A stretch of DNA of 64,000 bases from the sequence record LR756502.1; one strand, written 5' to 3'. Position numbers and translations under genes: made by a program. Position 1 is the first letter of the stretch; the number at the start of each line of letters is the position of its first letter. Shown one piece after another: positions 55,713 through 63,707 of the stretch. The notes beneath the pieces were generated by a model. It was not told the DNA's origin. It ran no database searches and saw only the letters and a list, made by a program, of their open reading frames with translations.

Positions 55713-56276
55713 TTATAAACAATTGAATTTTATAATCATTTGATTCAAGTCATCCAAGTGTTTATCTCCACCAATACTGTCTATCATCCTTGCTTTCTCA
55801 CTTATTATATAACCGAATTTGGATATTCTAACTCCATCTTTTTCATTAAATTCTGGTAGTTCATCATGGATAATCAATTGAACATCAACTGGACCAACTC
55901 TATAGGAGTCTGAGTAATCTGGATGAGCCCACCATCTTTGCTTCTGAACTGAAATTACTTTACTAACAAGGTCATATTGAATACCGAAGTGGTCACATAT
56001 TTTAAATGCCATTTCCTTGGTTACTATGAAGTCCCAATCTATCATCTTTCTATCTAACATCTCTTTGCCATTTAAGGTATAGCATCTTAATGCTCTTGAT
56101 CCTGTTAATACCCCGCCAATTTTAGTCACATATTTAATTAACTTACGATTAGGCATAAGTATTTGGAATTTCTTACTTTTTCTTTTACGAACATCAAATC
56201 CTACTTTGTGTTCGGTGGATAACATAGTTAGATTTATCTCTCTCACCCAAGATTTTATTTCTCCTACTCTATTCAT
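55713..56276 (-). CDS. Pol-beta-superfamily nucleotidyltransferase-like protein (start revised to 56276)
   Basis: VLTGSRAL...IDWDFIV...VDVQL: GS plus DxD plus a third Asp. Confidence 0.6.
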   Translation of the reverse strand: MNRVGEIKSWVREINLTMLSTEHKVGFDVRKRKSKKFQILMPNRKLIKYVTKIGGVLTGSRALRCYTLNGKEMLDRKMIDWDFIVTKEMAFKICDHFGIQYDLVSKVISVQKQRWWAHPDYSDSYRVGPVDVQLIIHDELPEFNEKDGVRISKFGYIISEKARMIDSIGGDKHLDDLNQMIIKFNCL

Positions 56277-56290
56277 TTTAATATTTTTTC

Positions 56291-56298
56291 CAAAGATA
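56291..56298 (-). promoter_or_regulatory. Bacteroidota-type TAnnTTTG promoter
   Basis: TATCTTTG on the minus strand, 15 nt upstream of the ATG at 56276. Confidence 0.6.
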
Positions 56299-56355
56299 CG
56301 GAATTTTCTTAAGATGTTAAATCTAATATATAGATAATCAAAATAAATAAAAAAC

Positions 56356-56658
56356 ATGAAACAATCAAGTTGGTTTAAAACGGAAGTGGACTTTGAAAGT
56401 TCTTTCAAGTTCTGGTTCGCACTTATGTGGCAAAATTCATATATTCAACTTTTCTCTGTTGGATTCATCTTATTACTTATGGAGTTAATAAAATTTGGAT
56501 GGGTATTGGATACTGTATCTGAAAATTTCTCATATGGTGTTTTTGGTGGTATCTTCACACTATTAGGAATGGTTATACCACTTGCGGTTACTTCAGTAAT
56601 TGGGTATAAGGGATTTTATCAATTTTGGAAAGATATAAAATTTGGAAAAACTAGATAA
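56356..56658 (+). CDS. 2-TM membrane protein
   Basis: Two hydrophobic helices; TAATATATA at 56324-56332. Confidence 0.65.
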   Translation: MKQSSWFKTEVDFESSFKFWFALMWQNSYIQLFSVGFILLLMELIKFGWVLDTVSENFSYGVFGGIFTLLGMVIPLAVTSVIGYKGFYQFWKDIKFGKTR

Positions 56659-57272
56659 TGAGAAATATTAAATCATATAAAGACTTCGCTAATGAGGAAG
56701 TAAACTGGAGAAAAGGAATGGCAACCGCTGCTCTAGGCGCATCACTTGCTATGTCATCCCCATTGATTGCAAACGGTAATGAAATTATTGATAAGATTGA
56801 AAATGTGTCAAGTAAATCAAAGAACTCAAATGATGATATGTTGAATAACATATTGGGTGAGATACATTCAAATATTAAAAGTACTGATAGTGCTAAGTAT
56901 ATTGAGTTATTTGATAAGTTATCATCACATCTATCCAAAGAGTATGGTTATGAGATAATTGCTAGGGATATTCCTAAGTTGGATAAAGAGACTATGTCTG
57001 ATATGAGCTTAGCTGAGTTAATGGGTTGGTTGGGTTCTATTTGTTTAGCTATATGTGGTGTCCCACAAGCTTGGATGTCCTATAAGGATAAACATTCTGA
57101 AGGAATTTCTTGGGCCTTTATTCTATTATGGGCTTTTGGTGAAGCATTTGCTTTGGCTTATGTGTATAATAAGTTGGATTTGCCTTTAGTTATGAACTAT
57201 CTAACTAATATTTTGATTGTTGCTATTATACTTTATTATAAGATAAATCCAGGCAAGAAGTCGGATTTATAA
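56658..57272 (+). CDS. N-tagged PQ-loop (SemiSWEET-like) membrane protein
   Basis: MRNIKSYKDFANEE; C-terminal GWLGSICLAICGVPQAWMSYKDKHSEGISWAFILLW... 3-TM PQ-loop unit. Confidence 0.8.
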   Translation: MRNIKSYKDFANEEVNWRKGMATAALGASLAMSSPLIANGNEIIDKIENVSSKSKNSNDDMLNNILGEIHSNIKSTDSAKYIELFDKLSSHLSKEYGYEIIARDIPKLDKETMSDMSLAELMGWLGSICLAICGVPQAWMSYKDKHSEGISWAFILLWAFGEAFALAYVYNKLDLPLVMNYLTNILIVAIILYYKINPGKKSDL

Positions 57273-57716
57273 AGTATGTCTTGGTATCTGGTATTTTAGA
57301 TATGATATCAACATTCTAATTTCTTTTTCACTTAAAATCTTATTAAATGCCATCATTCTTGGTGCTTTGGTATCCCATTCTTTTAGAAGAGATAGTGTAT
57401 ATTTGTCCTTTTCTTTTTCTAAAATATTTATATCCTCAATTATATTATACATTTTACCAAATCCTATTCTTGTTGACAATTTAGGCCCAGCTAAATCTCT
57501 TGTAAAGGAGTGACATGCTGCACAATTTCTTCTATAAATAACTTTACCCGATTCGATCCAATCTTCAGCATCACTAACAAACATTGTATCGATCTCCTTA
57601 ATAATAGATGATGTATCTTTTTGTGAACTAATTACTACTGGTGTTTTATTTGAATTTGAAGTACATTGTCCTATTAATAGGACTGCTAATATACCAAGTA
57701 TAAGTGTCTGTTTCAT
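57267..57716 (-). CDS. Class I cytochrome c, exported or lipid-anchored
   Basis: GKVIYRRNCAACH...GPKL...RMMAF...LSEKEIRMLISY; hydrophobic leader with Cys. Confidence 0.85.
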   Translation of the reverse strand: MKQTLILGILAVLLIGQCTSNSNKTPVVISSQKDTSSIIKEIDTMFVSDAEDWIESGKVIYRRNCAACHSFTRDLAGPKLSTRIGFGKMYNIIEDINILEKEKDKYTLSLLKEWDTKAPRMMAFNKILSEKEIRMLISYLKYQIPRHTL

Positions 57717-57717
57717 A

Positions 57718-58110
57718 TTAATATACTCTTACTTTTATACATTGTTGTGAGTTTGGTGATAATGTACCGGTCGCTATATTACCAACCGCGTCAATAACCT
57801 CCCAATCTATGCTTGATCCGCTGAAAAATTGATATTCTATACATCCACCTGCTGAGCAATTACCTGGTCCATATGGATAGTATGATGTTATGTTTCCGTA
57901 TAATGTGCCATTTATATAAATGGTTAGTGGTGGAAAGTTAGCTGGAGAGCTAACATAAAATATAGCTGTGGAGAATTGACATGAACCATCATTTTTATCT
58001 GCTTGATAATCATAGTTTATTGCTCTTGTGTCGGTACATCCCCTTTTATTATTACACCCACCGATTAATATGATTGTAAATAGGAATATTAAATTGAATA
58101 TTTTTTTCAT
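57718..58110 (-). CDS. Lipoprotein with a GCTD...DGSC module
   Basis: Lipobox LIGGC; GCTDTRAINYDYQADKNDGSC, typical of Bacteroidota surface proteins. Confidence 0.7.
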   Translation of the reverse strand: MKKIFNLIFLFTIILIGGCNNKRGCTDTRAINYDYQADKNDGSCQFSTAIFYVSSPANFPPLTIYINGTLYGNITSYYPYGPGNCSAGGCIEYQFFSGSSIDWEVIDAVGNIATGTLSPNSQQCIKVRVY

Positions 58111-58153
58111 GTTATTTATATCTAAATAATCTAAATTGTTTTATATATAGACT

Positions 58154-58597
58154 ATGAAATATCTATGTAGATACAAAGTATTTGAGTCCTTCAATGAAGA
58201 CCCGTCATCTGATATTGCATTGGAGGTAAAGGATGTACTGTGTGATTTGATTGATGATAATTACTTTACAGTAAATGTCGCATATAACAAATTAGGTGAT
58301 ATAAACCTTATAATAAGTATTTATAAGGAGGGGTTTAAGAGGTTTAAATGGACTGATAGTTTAAGTGATGAAATATTGGTTAATCTCAAATCTCACTTAT
58401 CGGATAGGTACTCAATAAAATCTATTAGAGGTATTATTGAAGTTGATGCAGTATTAAATGGTAACGGAGATTCATATAATCCTGTTAAAGAGTTTACGGT
58501 ATATTCATCCGGATATAGCCCTGATCCCGACTCATATAACTTTGATTTTTTTGAGATTGATGTGTATTTGGCGGAGAATAAATTACTCTCCGCCTAA
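58154..58597 (+). CDS. N-tagged DILxDLxDxG-family protein
   Basis: MKYLCRYKVFES; VKDVLCDLIDDNY...FKWTD. Confidence 0.7.
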   Translation: MKYLCRYKVFESFNEDPSSDIALEVKDVLCDLIDDNYFTVNVAYNKLGDINLIISIYKEGFKRFKWTDSLSDEILVNLKSHLSDRYSIKSIRGIIEVDAVLNGNGDSYNPVKEFTVYSSGYSPDPDSYNFDFFEIDVYLAENKLLSA

Positions 58598-58606
58598 CCT
58601 GAATAA

Positions 58607-59281
58607 TTATTTAGTTTTTATTAAAATTTCATCAACCATTCCATAGGCCTTAGCCTCTTCTGCTGTCATCCAATAATCTCTATCACTATCTGCCCAAACT
58701 TTATCATATGTTTGTCCACTGTGCTCGGCGATAATGTCATATAATTCCTTTTTTAATTTTTGAATTTCGCGAGCGGTTATTTCAATATCTGTTGCTTGTC
58801 CACTAGCTCCACCAAGTGGTTGGTGAATCATTACTCGCGAATGTTTAAGTGCTGCTCTTTTTCCTTTAGTTCCAGCACACATTAAAACAGCTCCCATTGA
58901 CGCAGCCATACCTGTGCATATAGTTGCAACATCTGGTGTTATGTATTGCATAGTATCGTAGATACCAAGTCCAGCATAAACTGAACCACCTGGGCTATTT
59001 AAATATATTTGAATATCTTTTTTAGCATCAACAGATTGTAGGAATAATAGTTGTGCTTGGATAATGTTTGCTACTTGGTCGTCAATTCCGGTCCCTAGGA
59101 AAATAACTCTATCCATCATTAGTCTAGAGAATACATCCATCTGAGTTATATTCAACTGGCGTTCCTCGATGATGTAAGGTGTTACATTTGAAATGTTGTG
59201 TTTTGTGTATGAGTCAAAGGTATTTCCGTTGATACCTTTATGCTTTGTGGCATACTTTCTAAATTCATTGTTATCGAACAT
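58607..59281 (-). CDS. clpP: ATP-dependent Clp protease proteolytic subunit (Bacteroidota-type)
   Basis: TPYIIEERQLN..MDVFSRLMMDR, NSPGGSV, GMAASMG (Ser), MIHQP (His) and DRDYWM (Asp). Confidence 0.97.
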   Translation of the reverse strand: MFDNNEFRKYATKHKGINGNTFDSYTKHNISNVTPYIIEERQLNITQMDVFSRLMMDRVIFLGTGIDDQVANIIQAQLLFLQSVDAKKDIQIYLNSPGGSVYAGLGIYDTMQYITPDVATICTGMAASMGAVLMCAGTKGKRAALKHSRVMIHQPLGGASGQATDIEITAREIQKLKKELYDIIAEHSGQTYDKVWADSDRDYWMTAEEAKAYGMVDEILIKTK

Positions 59282-59387
59282 ATTTCTTATTTAGGTTTAT
59301 TTTTATTATTTTTTCTTATTCATGTCATATATCATAATCAAATAAATAATTATGGATGAAAATACTATGATGTAGGTTGTCATTTAT

Positions 59388-59660
59388 TTAAAGTTTATTT
59401 TCTAATTCATCGTAAATAAAATAATTTAGACTACTTTCAAAGTCTTGACCATCCTTAAGTGATGGGTTTAGGTGGTGGTATATTTCGTGATATACTGTTC
59501 TGGTACTAAACAGGTCCTTGTTAAGGTAGATTTTTCTAAATGGGAATTCTACATATAAACCACGATAGTTTACGTCAGAAGTAAAGTATGCTTTTACTGA
59601 CAGGGCTTTATACTTTGTACAAAGATTATCATATAATTTTTGAATTTCGTTTAGTTCCAT
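59388..59660 (-). CDS. Small HExxH zincin-like protein (tentative)
   Basis: RTVYHEIYHHL. Confidence 0.5.
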   Translation of the reverse strand: MELNEIQKLYDNLCTKYKALSVKAYFTSDVNYRGLYVEFPFRKIYLNKDLFSTRTVYHEIYHHLNPSLKDGQDFESSLNYFIYDELENKL

Positions 59661-59664
59661 TCTA

Positions 59665-59672
59665 CAAATGTA
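59665..59672 (-). promoter_or_regulatory. Bacteroidota-type TAnnTTTG promoter
   Basis: TACATTTG, 4 nt upstream of the ATG at 59660; lies within the hairpin TTCTAC-AAAT-GTAGAA. Confidence 0.45.
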
Positions 59673-59697
59673 GAAAAAAAGTTTTAATAAAACTAAT

Positions 59698-59967
59698 TTA
59701 TAGATACTTTATTTGTTTTAGGTCTCCACTTGGTAGGTTCTGTCCTATGAATTCACCAGATTCAAATCCAAGGTCAGTATTCATCTTACTCACAAATATC
59801 TGTGGGGTTTTACCAGAGTCTCTGAATGATAATATTTCATCCTCATATTGATTAACGATTTTATTTATATCGTTTGGACTAAGGTTATGCTTTTTAAGTC
59901 CTGATATTACATCTTCAATATACTCTTGTTTTGTCCAGTATGATTCGTAGGTTTTTATATACTTCAT
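59698..59967 (-). CDS. N-tagged small protein
   Basis: MKYIKTYES; TAATATATA upstream. Confidence 0.65.
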   Translation of the reverse strand: MKYIKTYESYWTKQEYIEDVISGLKKHNLSPNDINKIVNQYEDEILSFRDSGKTPQIFVSKMNTDLGFESGEFIGQNLPSGDLKQIKYL

Positions 59968-59984
59968 ATGGTATATATTAATAG

Positions 59985-60203
59985 TTATCTTACTATTTCT
60001 ATTCCTATTTTGGTTTTACCGTAGTTTATATTTACCCAATCCATTTCAAGGTATTTCTCACCAGGATCAGGATATCCCATATCTCGCCATTTCTCAACAA
60101 GTCTATATTCTTGTTCCCTTGTGTAGTATTTAAGCCAGATAAAATTTCCAAATATTTTTTTTGGTAGATATGCGAAAAGTTTAATAATTCTTGTCTCGTT
60201 CAT
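59985..60203 (-). CDS. Hypothetical protein
   Basis: KLFAYLPKK...IWLKYY. Confidence 0.6.
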   Translation of the reverse strand: MNETRIIKLFAYLPKKIFGNFIWLKYYTREQEYRLVEKWRDMGYPDPGEKYLEMDWVNINYGKTKIGIEIVR

Positions 60204-60211
60204 TTTCTTAA

Positions 60212-60799
60212 TTAAAATTTTGGTTTAGCTTTTTGACGTGCAGATTTTTTAAAAAGTTTTTTGATTTTCTTTTTAACTTTATCTCCCCAAAAAAGTGACC
60301 ACTTGGCTTTACCATTTAAATTTACATAAGGTTTCATTTCGTTTTCATTTTTTTCTTTAATAGGTTCCTTTTTTTCTTCTAATACCTTATTTATTTTATC
60401 ATCCCTATATTCCGATATATCAATTCCTTTTAGTATATTATCCATAACAATATCTTGGTTTGATACCTTTAGCTTTGGCTTTATTTCATTTATATATATC
60501 CATTCTAATATTTTCTTAACTGGATATCTTGACATAGACATAAATGCTTTGCCATCCAACATATTTGGATTGTTTATGGTAACTGATCCATCATTTAAAT
60601 AAAATCCATTAGCTACATTAGCTGAATTTGTATCTAGTTCAATTCTACAATCAAATTTAGTTATACCATCTAGTGATATTGACTCATATCTATGAGTAGT
60701 GTCATTATTGAAGAAGCTATTAGATAGTGTCCATTTTAATGATCCATTTATGGTTGCTTTATATATGCTATCTATAATAGCTAGTAATTTTTTGTCCAT
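60212..60799 (-). CDS. Protein with an internal C-tail motif and basic extension
   Basis: RDDKINKVLEE followed by a Lys-rich tail. Confidence 0.65.
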   Translation of the reverse strand: MDKKLLAIIDSIYKATINGSLKWTLSNSFFNNDTTHRYESISLDGITKFDCRIELDTNSANVANGFYLNDGSVTINNPNMLDGKAFMSMSRYPVKKILEWIYINEIKPKLKVSNQDIVMDNILKGIDISEYRDDKINKVLEEKKEPIKEKNENEMKPYVNLNGKAKWSLFWGDKVKKKIKKLFKKSARQKAKPKF

Positions 60800-60820
60800 T
60801 GTAGTTTAACTTTATTTATA

Positions 60821-60828
60821 CAAATATA
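60821..60828 (-). promoter_or_regulatory. Bacteroidota-type TAnnTTTG promoter
   Basis: TATATTTG on the minus strand, upstream of 60799. Confidence 0.6.
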
Positions 60829-60874
60829 AGAATTATTTTTAATATTCAAATAATCAAAATAAATATATACTCAT

Positions 60875-61393
60875 ATGAAGTACATAGAACTATTCGAAAG
60901 ATTTTATAACCCAAGTAAAGATATAAAAGATAAATTAGACTCTATAATTAAAGATTTATTGAATAGGTATAAGGGAGGTAAGTCGTTTTTTGATGCTCTT
61001 GATGATTCTATAAAGGATATAACTAATCAGGATATGACTCTTGCTTTATTAAGGGGTAATACAAATGAGTGGATTGCAACATCCGGTGAGTTTGGTGATA
61101 CGATATATAAGCTATGGAAGTCTGGTAAGTTTAGGTGTAAGGGTTTGGTTGTATTTAATGGTAAGATGATGACAAATGAAATTGGTATTAATAATTGGTA
61201 CCCAATTGACTTTGAATTAGATAATAAGGAGTTTTTATATGTAGATGACTCTTATTTCTCTGGCAGTACTGCTAGAAAAATTGATAACTTCCTAAGTGAG
61301 TATAACTCAAGAGTTAAAAGCATATCTGTTATATATGATGGATCCAAGGAAAAAAATAAAATGGTTAAGTCCTTTTTTAGATATTATAAATGA
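60875..61393 (+). CDS. N-tagged type I phosphoribosyltransferase-like protein
   Basis: MKYIELFER; FLYVDDSYFSGSTA matches the PRPP-binding loop. Confidence 0.7.
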   Translation: MKYIELFERFYNPSKDIKDKLDSIIKDLLNRYKGGKSFFDALDDSIKDITNQDMTLALLRGNTNEWIATSGEFGDTIYKLWKSGKFRCKGLVVFNGKMMTNEIGINNWYPIDFELDNKEFLYVDDSYFSGSTARKIDNFLSEYNSRVKSISVIYDGSKEKNKMVKSFFRYYK

Positions 61394-62259
61394 AATACTT
61401 AAATAAATATAAATTATTTGAGTCAGAACAATCTTATTATGATAGAATTGAGGCTGAACAAGAAGAACTTAATAAATTCAAATATGGATCTGTTAAGGTT
61501 TGGGCTAAAGAGATATATGATAAGTTTAGAAAAGTAGAGTCTGAGATTGCATCAAAGATGATAAATGTTGATGGATCTGAGGTCTATCTGGCTAATAATT
61601 CACAACATTCTATAAAACTTGGATTCGGACGTAGCTATACTAAACTGAACTCTCTTATAGATAAATATAAAACCGCAGAAGGTCTTATATCCTATCTAGA
61701 AAAGGCAAATGATGAGATTAATAACATAAGAAAATCACTCGAAGGCCGATGGGATTATATTTCTAGAAAGAATGGTAAAAAAGGAACATCTGATGAGTAT
61801 GATAAGATAAAAAGGATGAGAGAGTTGATGGATGATTTTCAAGAACCATGGTCTATTTACAGAGAGCTAAAACAAGTTGACTTGGACATTTATCATGATA
61901 TTCTTTGGATGGTATCTGATTTAGCTGATGATTTAGATATGGAATCTGCAATTTCACACCTTGAGTTATGGAGAGGACTCGATATTCAATTAATTATGTT
62001 TAAGAAAGGAACCGAACCATATATTGAATGGGTGGTCGCGAATCATCAACAGACCACAAAGGGTAATATTAGTTTTAGAAAACTTGGATCTCTCTATACA
62101 AATGTATTTCTATCTAATATAATTATACCTGAGGATGAATTTAATAAAGTTTATGATATTGAGAATAGATTAAAACAATACTTCGATTCTGTTACAATAA
62201 GATATTCTCATAATAGATCTTGTATCTATATTAATCTCTGTAATCAAAAGGACATATAA
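61390..62259 (+). CDS. N-tagged helical protein
   Basis: MKYLNKYKLFES; coiled-coil-like N-terminal half. Confidence 0.65.
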   Translation: MKYLNKYKLFESEQSYYDRIEAEQEELNKFKYGSVKVWAKEIYDKFRKVESEIASKMINVDGSEVYLANNSQHSIKLGFGRSYTKLNSLIDKYKTAEGLISYLEKANDEINNIRKSLEGRWDYISRKNGKKGTSDEYDKIKRMRELMDDFQEPWSIYRELKQVDLDIYHDILWMVSDLADDLDMESAISHLELWRGLDIQLIMFKKGTEPYIEWVVANHQQTTKGNISFRKLGSLYTNVFLSNIIIPEDEFNKVYDIENRLKQYFDSVTIRYSHNRSCIYINLCNQKDI

Positions 62260-62552
62260 TGAAATACTTAAATACATATAAATTATTTGAGAGTATCTCC
62301 AAATATCCTGATGGGTTTGGTCGGTATTTAGATAACGATGATATACAAGATTCTCTTCAATATGATATAGGTGACATGGTTTGGGTTAGAGATTGGAGTG
62401 ATGTGCCATGTCAGGTTATGGATATAAAGGTTGGTGTGGATGTGTCTGGTAGTCCACACAATGAAATATTAGTATACTTTTACTATGTTAGAAATTCAGA
62501 GACAGAAGAAATAGAAAGGTTTAGATCATTTAAATTAAGTGAAATAGAATGA
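62259..62552 (+). CDS. N-tagged KOW/SH3-like protein
   Basis: MKYLNTYKLFES; YDIGDMVWV. Confidence 0.65.
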   Translation: MKYLNTYKLFESISKYPDGFGRYLDNDDIQDSLQYDIGDMVWVRDWSDVPCQVMDIKVGVDVSGSPHNEILVYFYYVRNSETEEIERFRSFKLSEIE

Positions 62553-63091
62553 AGTACTTAAAGACATACTCCTTATATAAAATACTTGAGAGCACTTTAA
62601 CAGATGTTAATTTTCCAAATGCTGAGGAAAAAATAAAAGACATATTGTCATATTTGATTGATGATGAGTTTTCTATAGATGTTGACTCTTATGAATTGGG
62701 TGAGTTCCAAAGGCTGCCATCCAGAATTTTATTAAACATACCAGAGTCTATAACTCAAAACATGGAATGGGATCCACTACCAATTCTAGTTATTATTATT
62801 GAATATTTTGATAATCAAGTGGAAACACAAAGAACATTCACAATTGATGAAATTGACCAACACATAAAAGAGTTAATTAATCAAATGAGTGATGATTATA
62901 CATTTTTTCAATATTGGAAGTCTTATTCAGAGAGTACTAATTTAAATTTAAAATTAATTGGTGATTATTCTAAATGGTGTTCAAATATTGATAAGGTGTC
63001 TGAAGGTGATGATTGTGAGTTAAACTACATAAGACTAGAATTTATAAAAAATACTAATCTAGTGTCAAAATCCACAAATTCCATCCAATAA
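62549..63091 (+). CDS. N-tagged DILxDLxDxG-family protein
   Basis: MKYLKTYSLYKILES; IKDILSYLIDDEF...FTIDEIDQHIKELINQM. Confidence 0.7.
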   Translation: MKYLKTYSLYKILESTLTDVNFPNAEEKIKDILSYLIDDEFSIDVDSYELGEFQRLPSRILLNIPESITQNMEWDPLPILVIIIEYFDNQVETQRTFTIDEIDQHIKELINQMSDDYTFFQYWKSYSESTNLNLKLIGDYSKWCSNIDKVSEGDDCELNYIRLEFIKNTNLVSKSTNSIQ

Positions 63092-63620
63092 CAATAACTG
63101 AGTGTATTGTCTCTGGTATTGCCATTCCCGGAAAAAATTTTAATGCTATTAACGGACCAACAACCATAGCAACTGCAAATGTTGTATGTGTCTGCCATTC
63201 TTTATATTGTAGGTGCTTTCTATTAAGATGAGCAAATAAGAAAACTATTAGTGGGTAAGCGAAGAAGTAAAGATACGCAGTGACATTATGAATATCGTGT
63301 GTCATATCTACTACTCCGGTGATAAATAAAAATGTGGATGTTAGTATAAATCCTAACTTTAGAAAGTTTGTATATCTTTCATGTAAACGTGTGTGATGTT
63401 TTATAAAAAGCATTACATTTATAAGAATAGAGACTGATAATATAGCGACACAGCTATTCCATATCCATCCTAGTTTCTTATCAACTCCCCAGAATGAAAG
63501 TTGAATATCTGTAAGCTTAAACTCAGTAACATTATAGCATAGTATGAATACTCCAATGAAAAGAAATATTGAAATGATGGTCTGCCACCTTCTAAACTTT
63601 TTAATATCAGAAATATCCAT
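63054..63620 (-). CDS. Multi-pass membrane protein (DUF998-like, tentative)
   Basis: 5-6 TM helices; LSFWG...HNVTAYLYF. Confidence 0.55.
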   Translation of the reverse strand: MDISDIKKFRRWQTIISIFLFIGVFILCYNVTEFKLTDIQLSFWGVDKKLGWIWNSCVAILSVSILINVMLFIKHHTRLHERYTNFLKLGFILTSTFLFITGVVDMTHDIHNVTAYLYFFAYPLIVFLFAHLNRKHLQYKEWQTHTTFAVAMVVGPLIALKFFPGMAIPETIHSVIVIGWNLWILTLD

Positions 63621-63659
63621 ATACCTTGTTATACTTAAATTTAGTATTTATGTTACATA

Positions 63660-63667
63660 CAAATATA
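63660..63667 (-). promoter_or_regulatory. Bacteroidota-type TAnnTTTG promoter
   Basis: TATATTTG on the minus strand. Confidence 0.55.
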
Positions 63668-63707
63668 CTGATTTTAATTTAAACAATAAAACAATAATAT
63701 ATAGTAT

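Noticed and set aside
4525-59851. Many ORFs in the track that lie antisense to or overlap better-supported genes (e.g. 4525-4764, 5557-5742, 5801-6043, 6805-6999, 7640-7861, 8471-8842, 10026-10268, 10181-10543, 11040-11420, 16774-17202, 21145-21384, 22323-22553, 34507-34764, 38599-38937, 39342-39620, 51403-51648, 54386-54658, 56651-56938, 59588-59851)
   Set aside because: They fully overlap genes that have motifs and coupled starts, are rich in Ser/Ile/Leu/Phe as expected for antisense shadows of AT-rich genes, and carry no tags or motifs.
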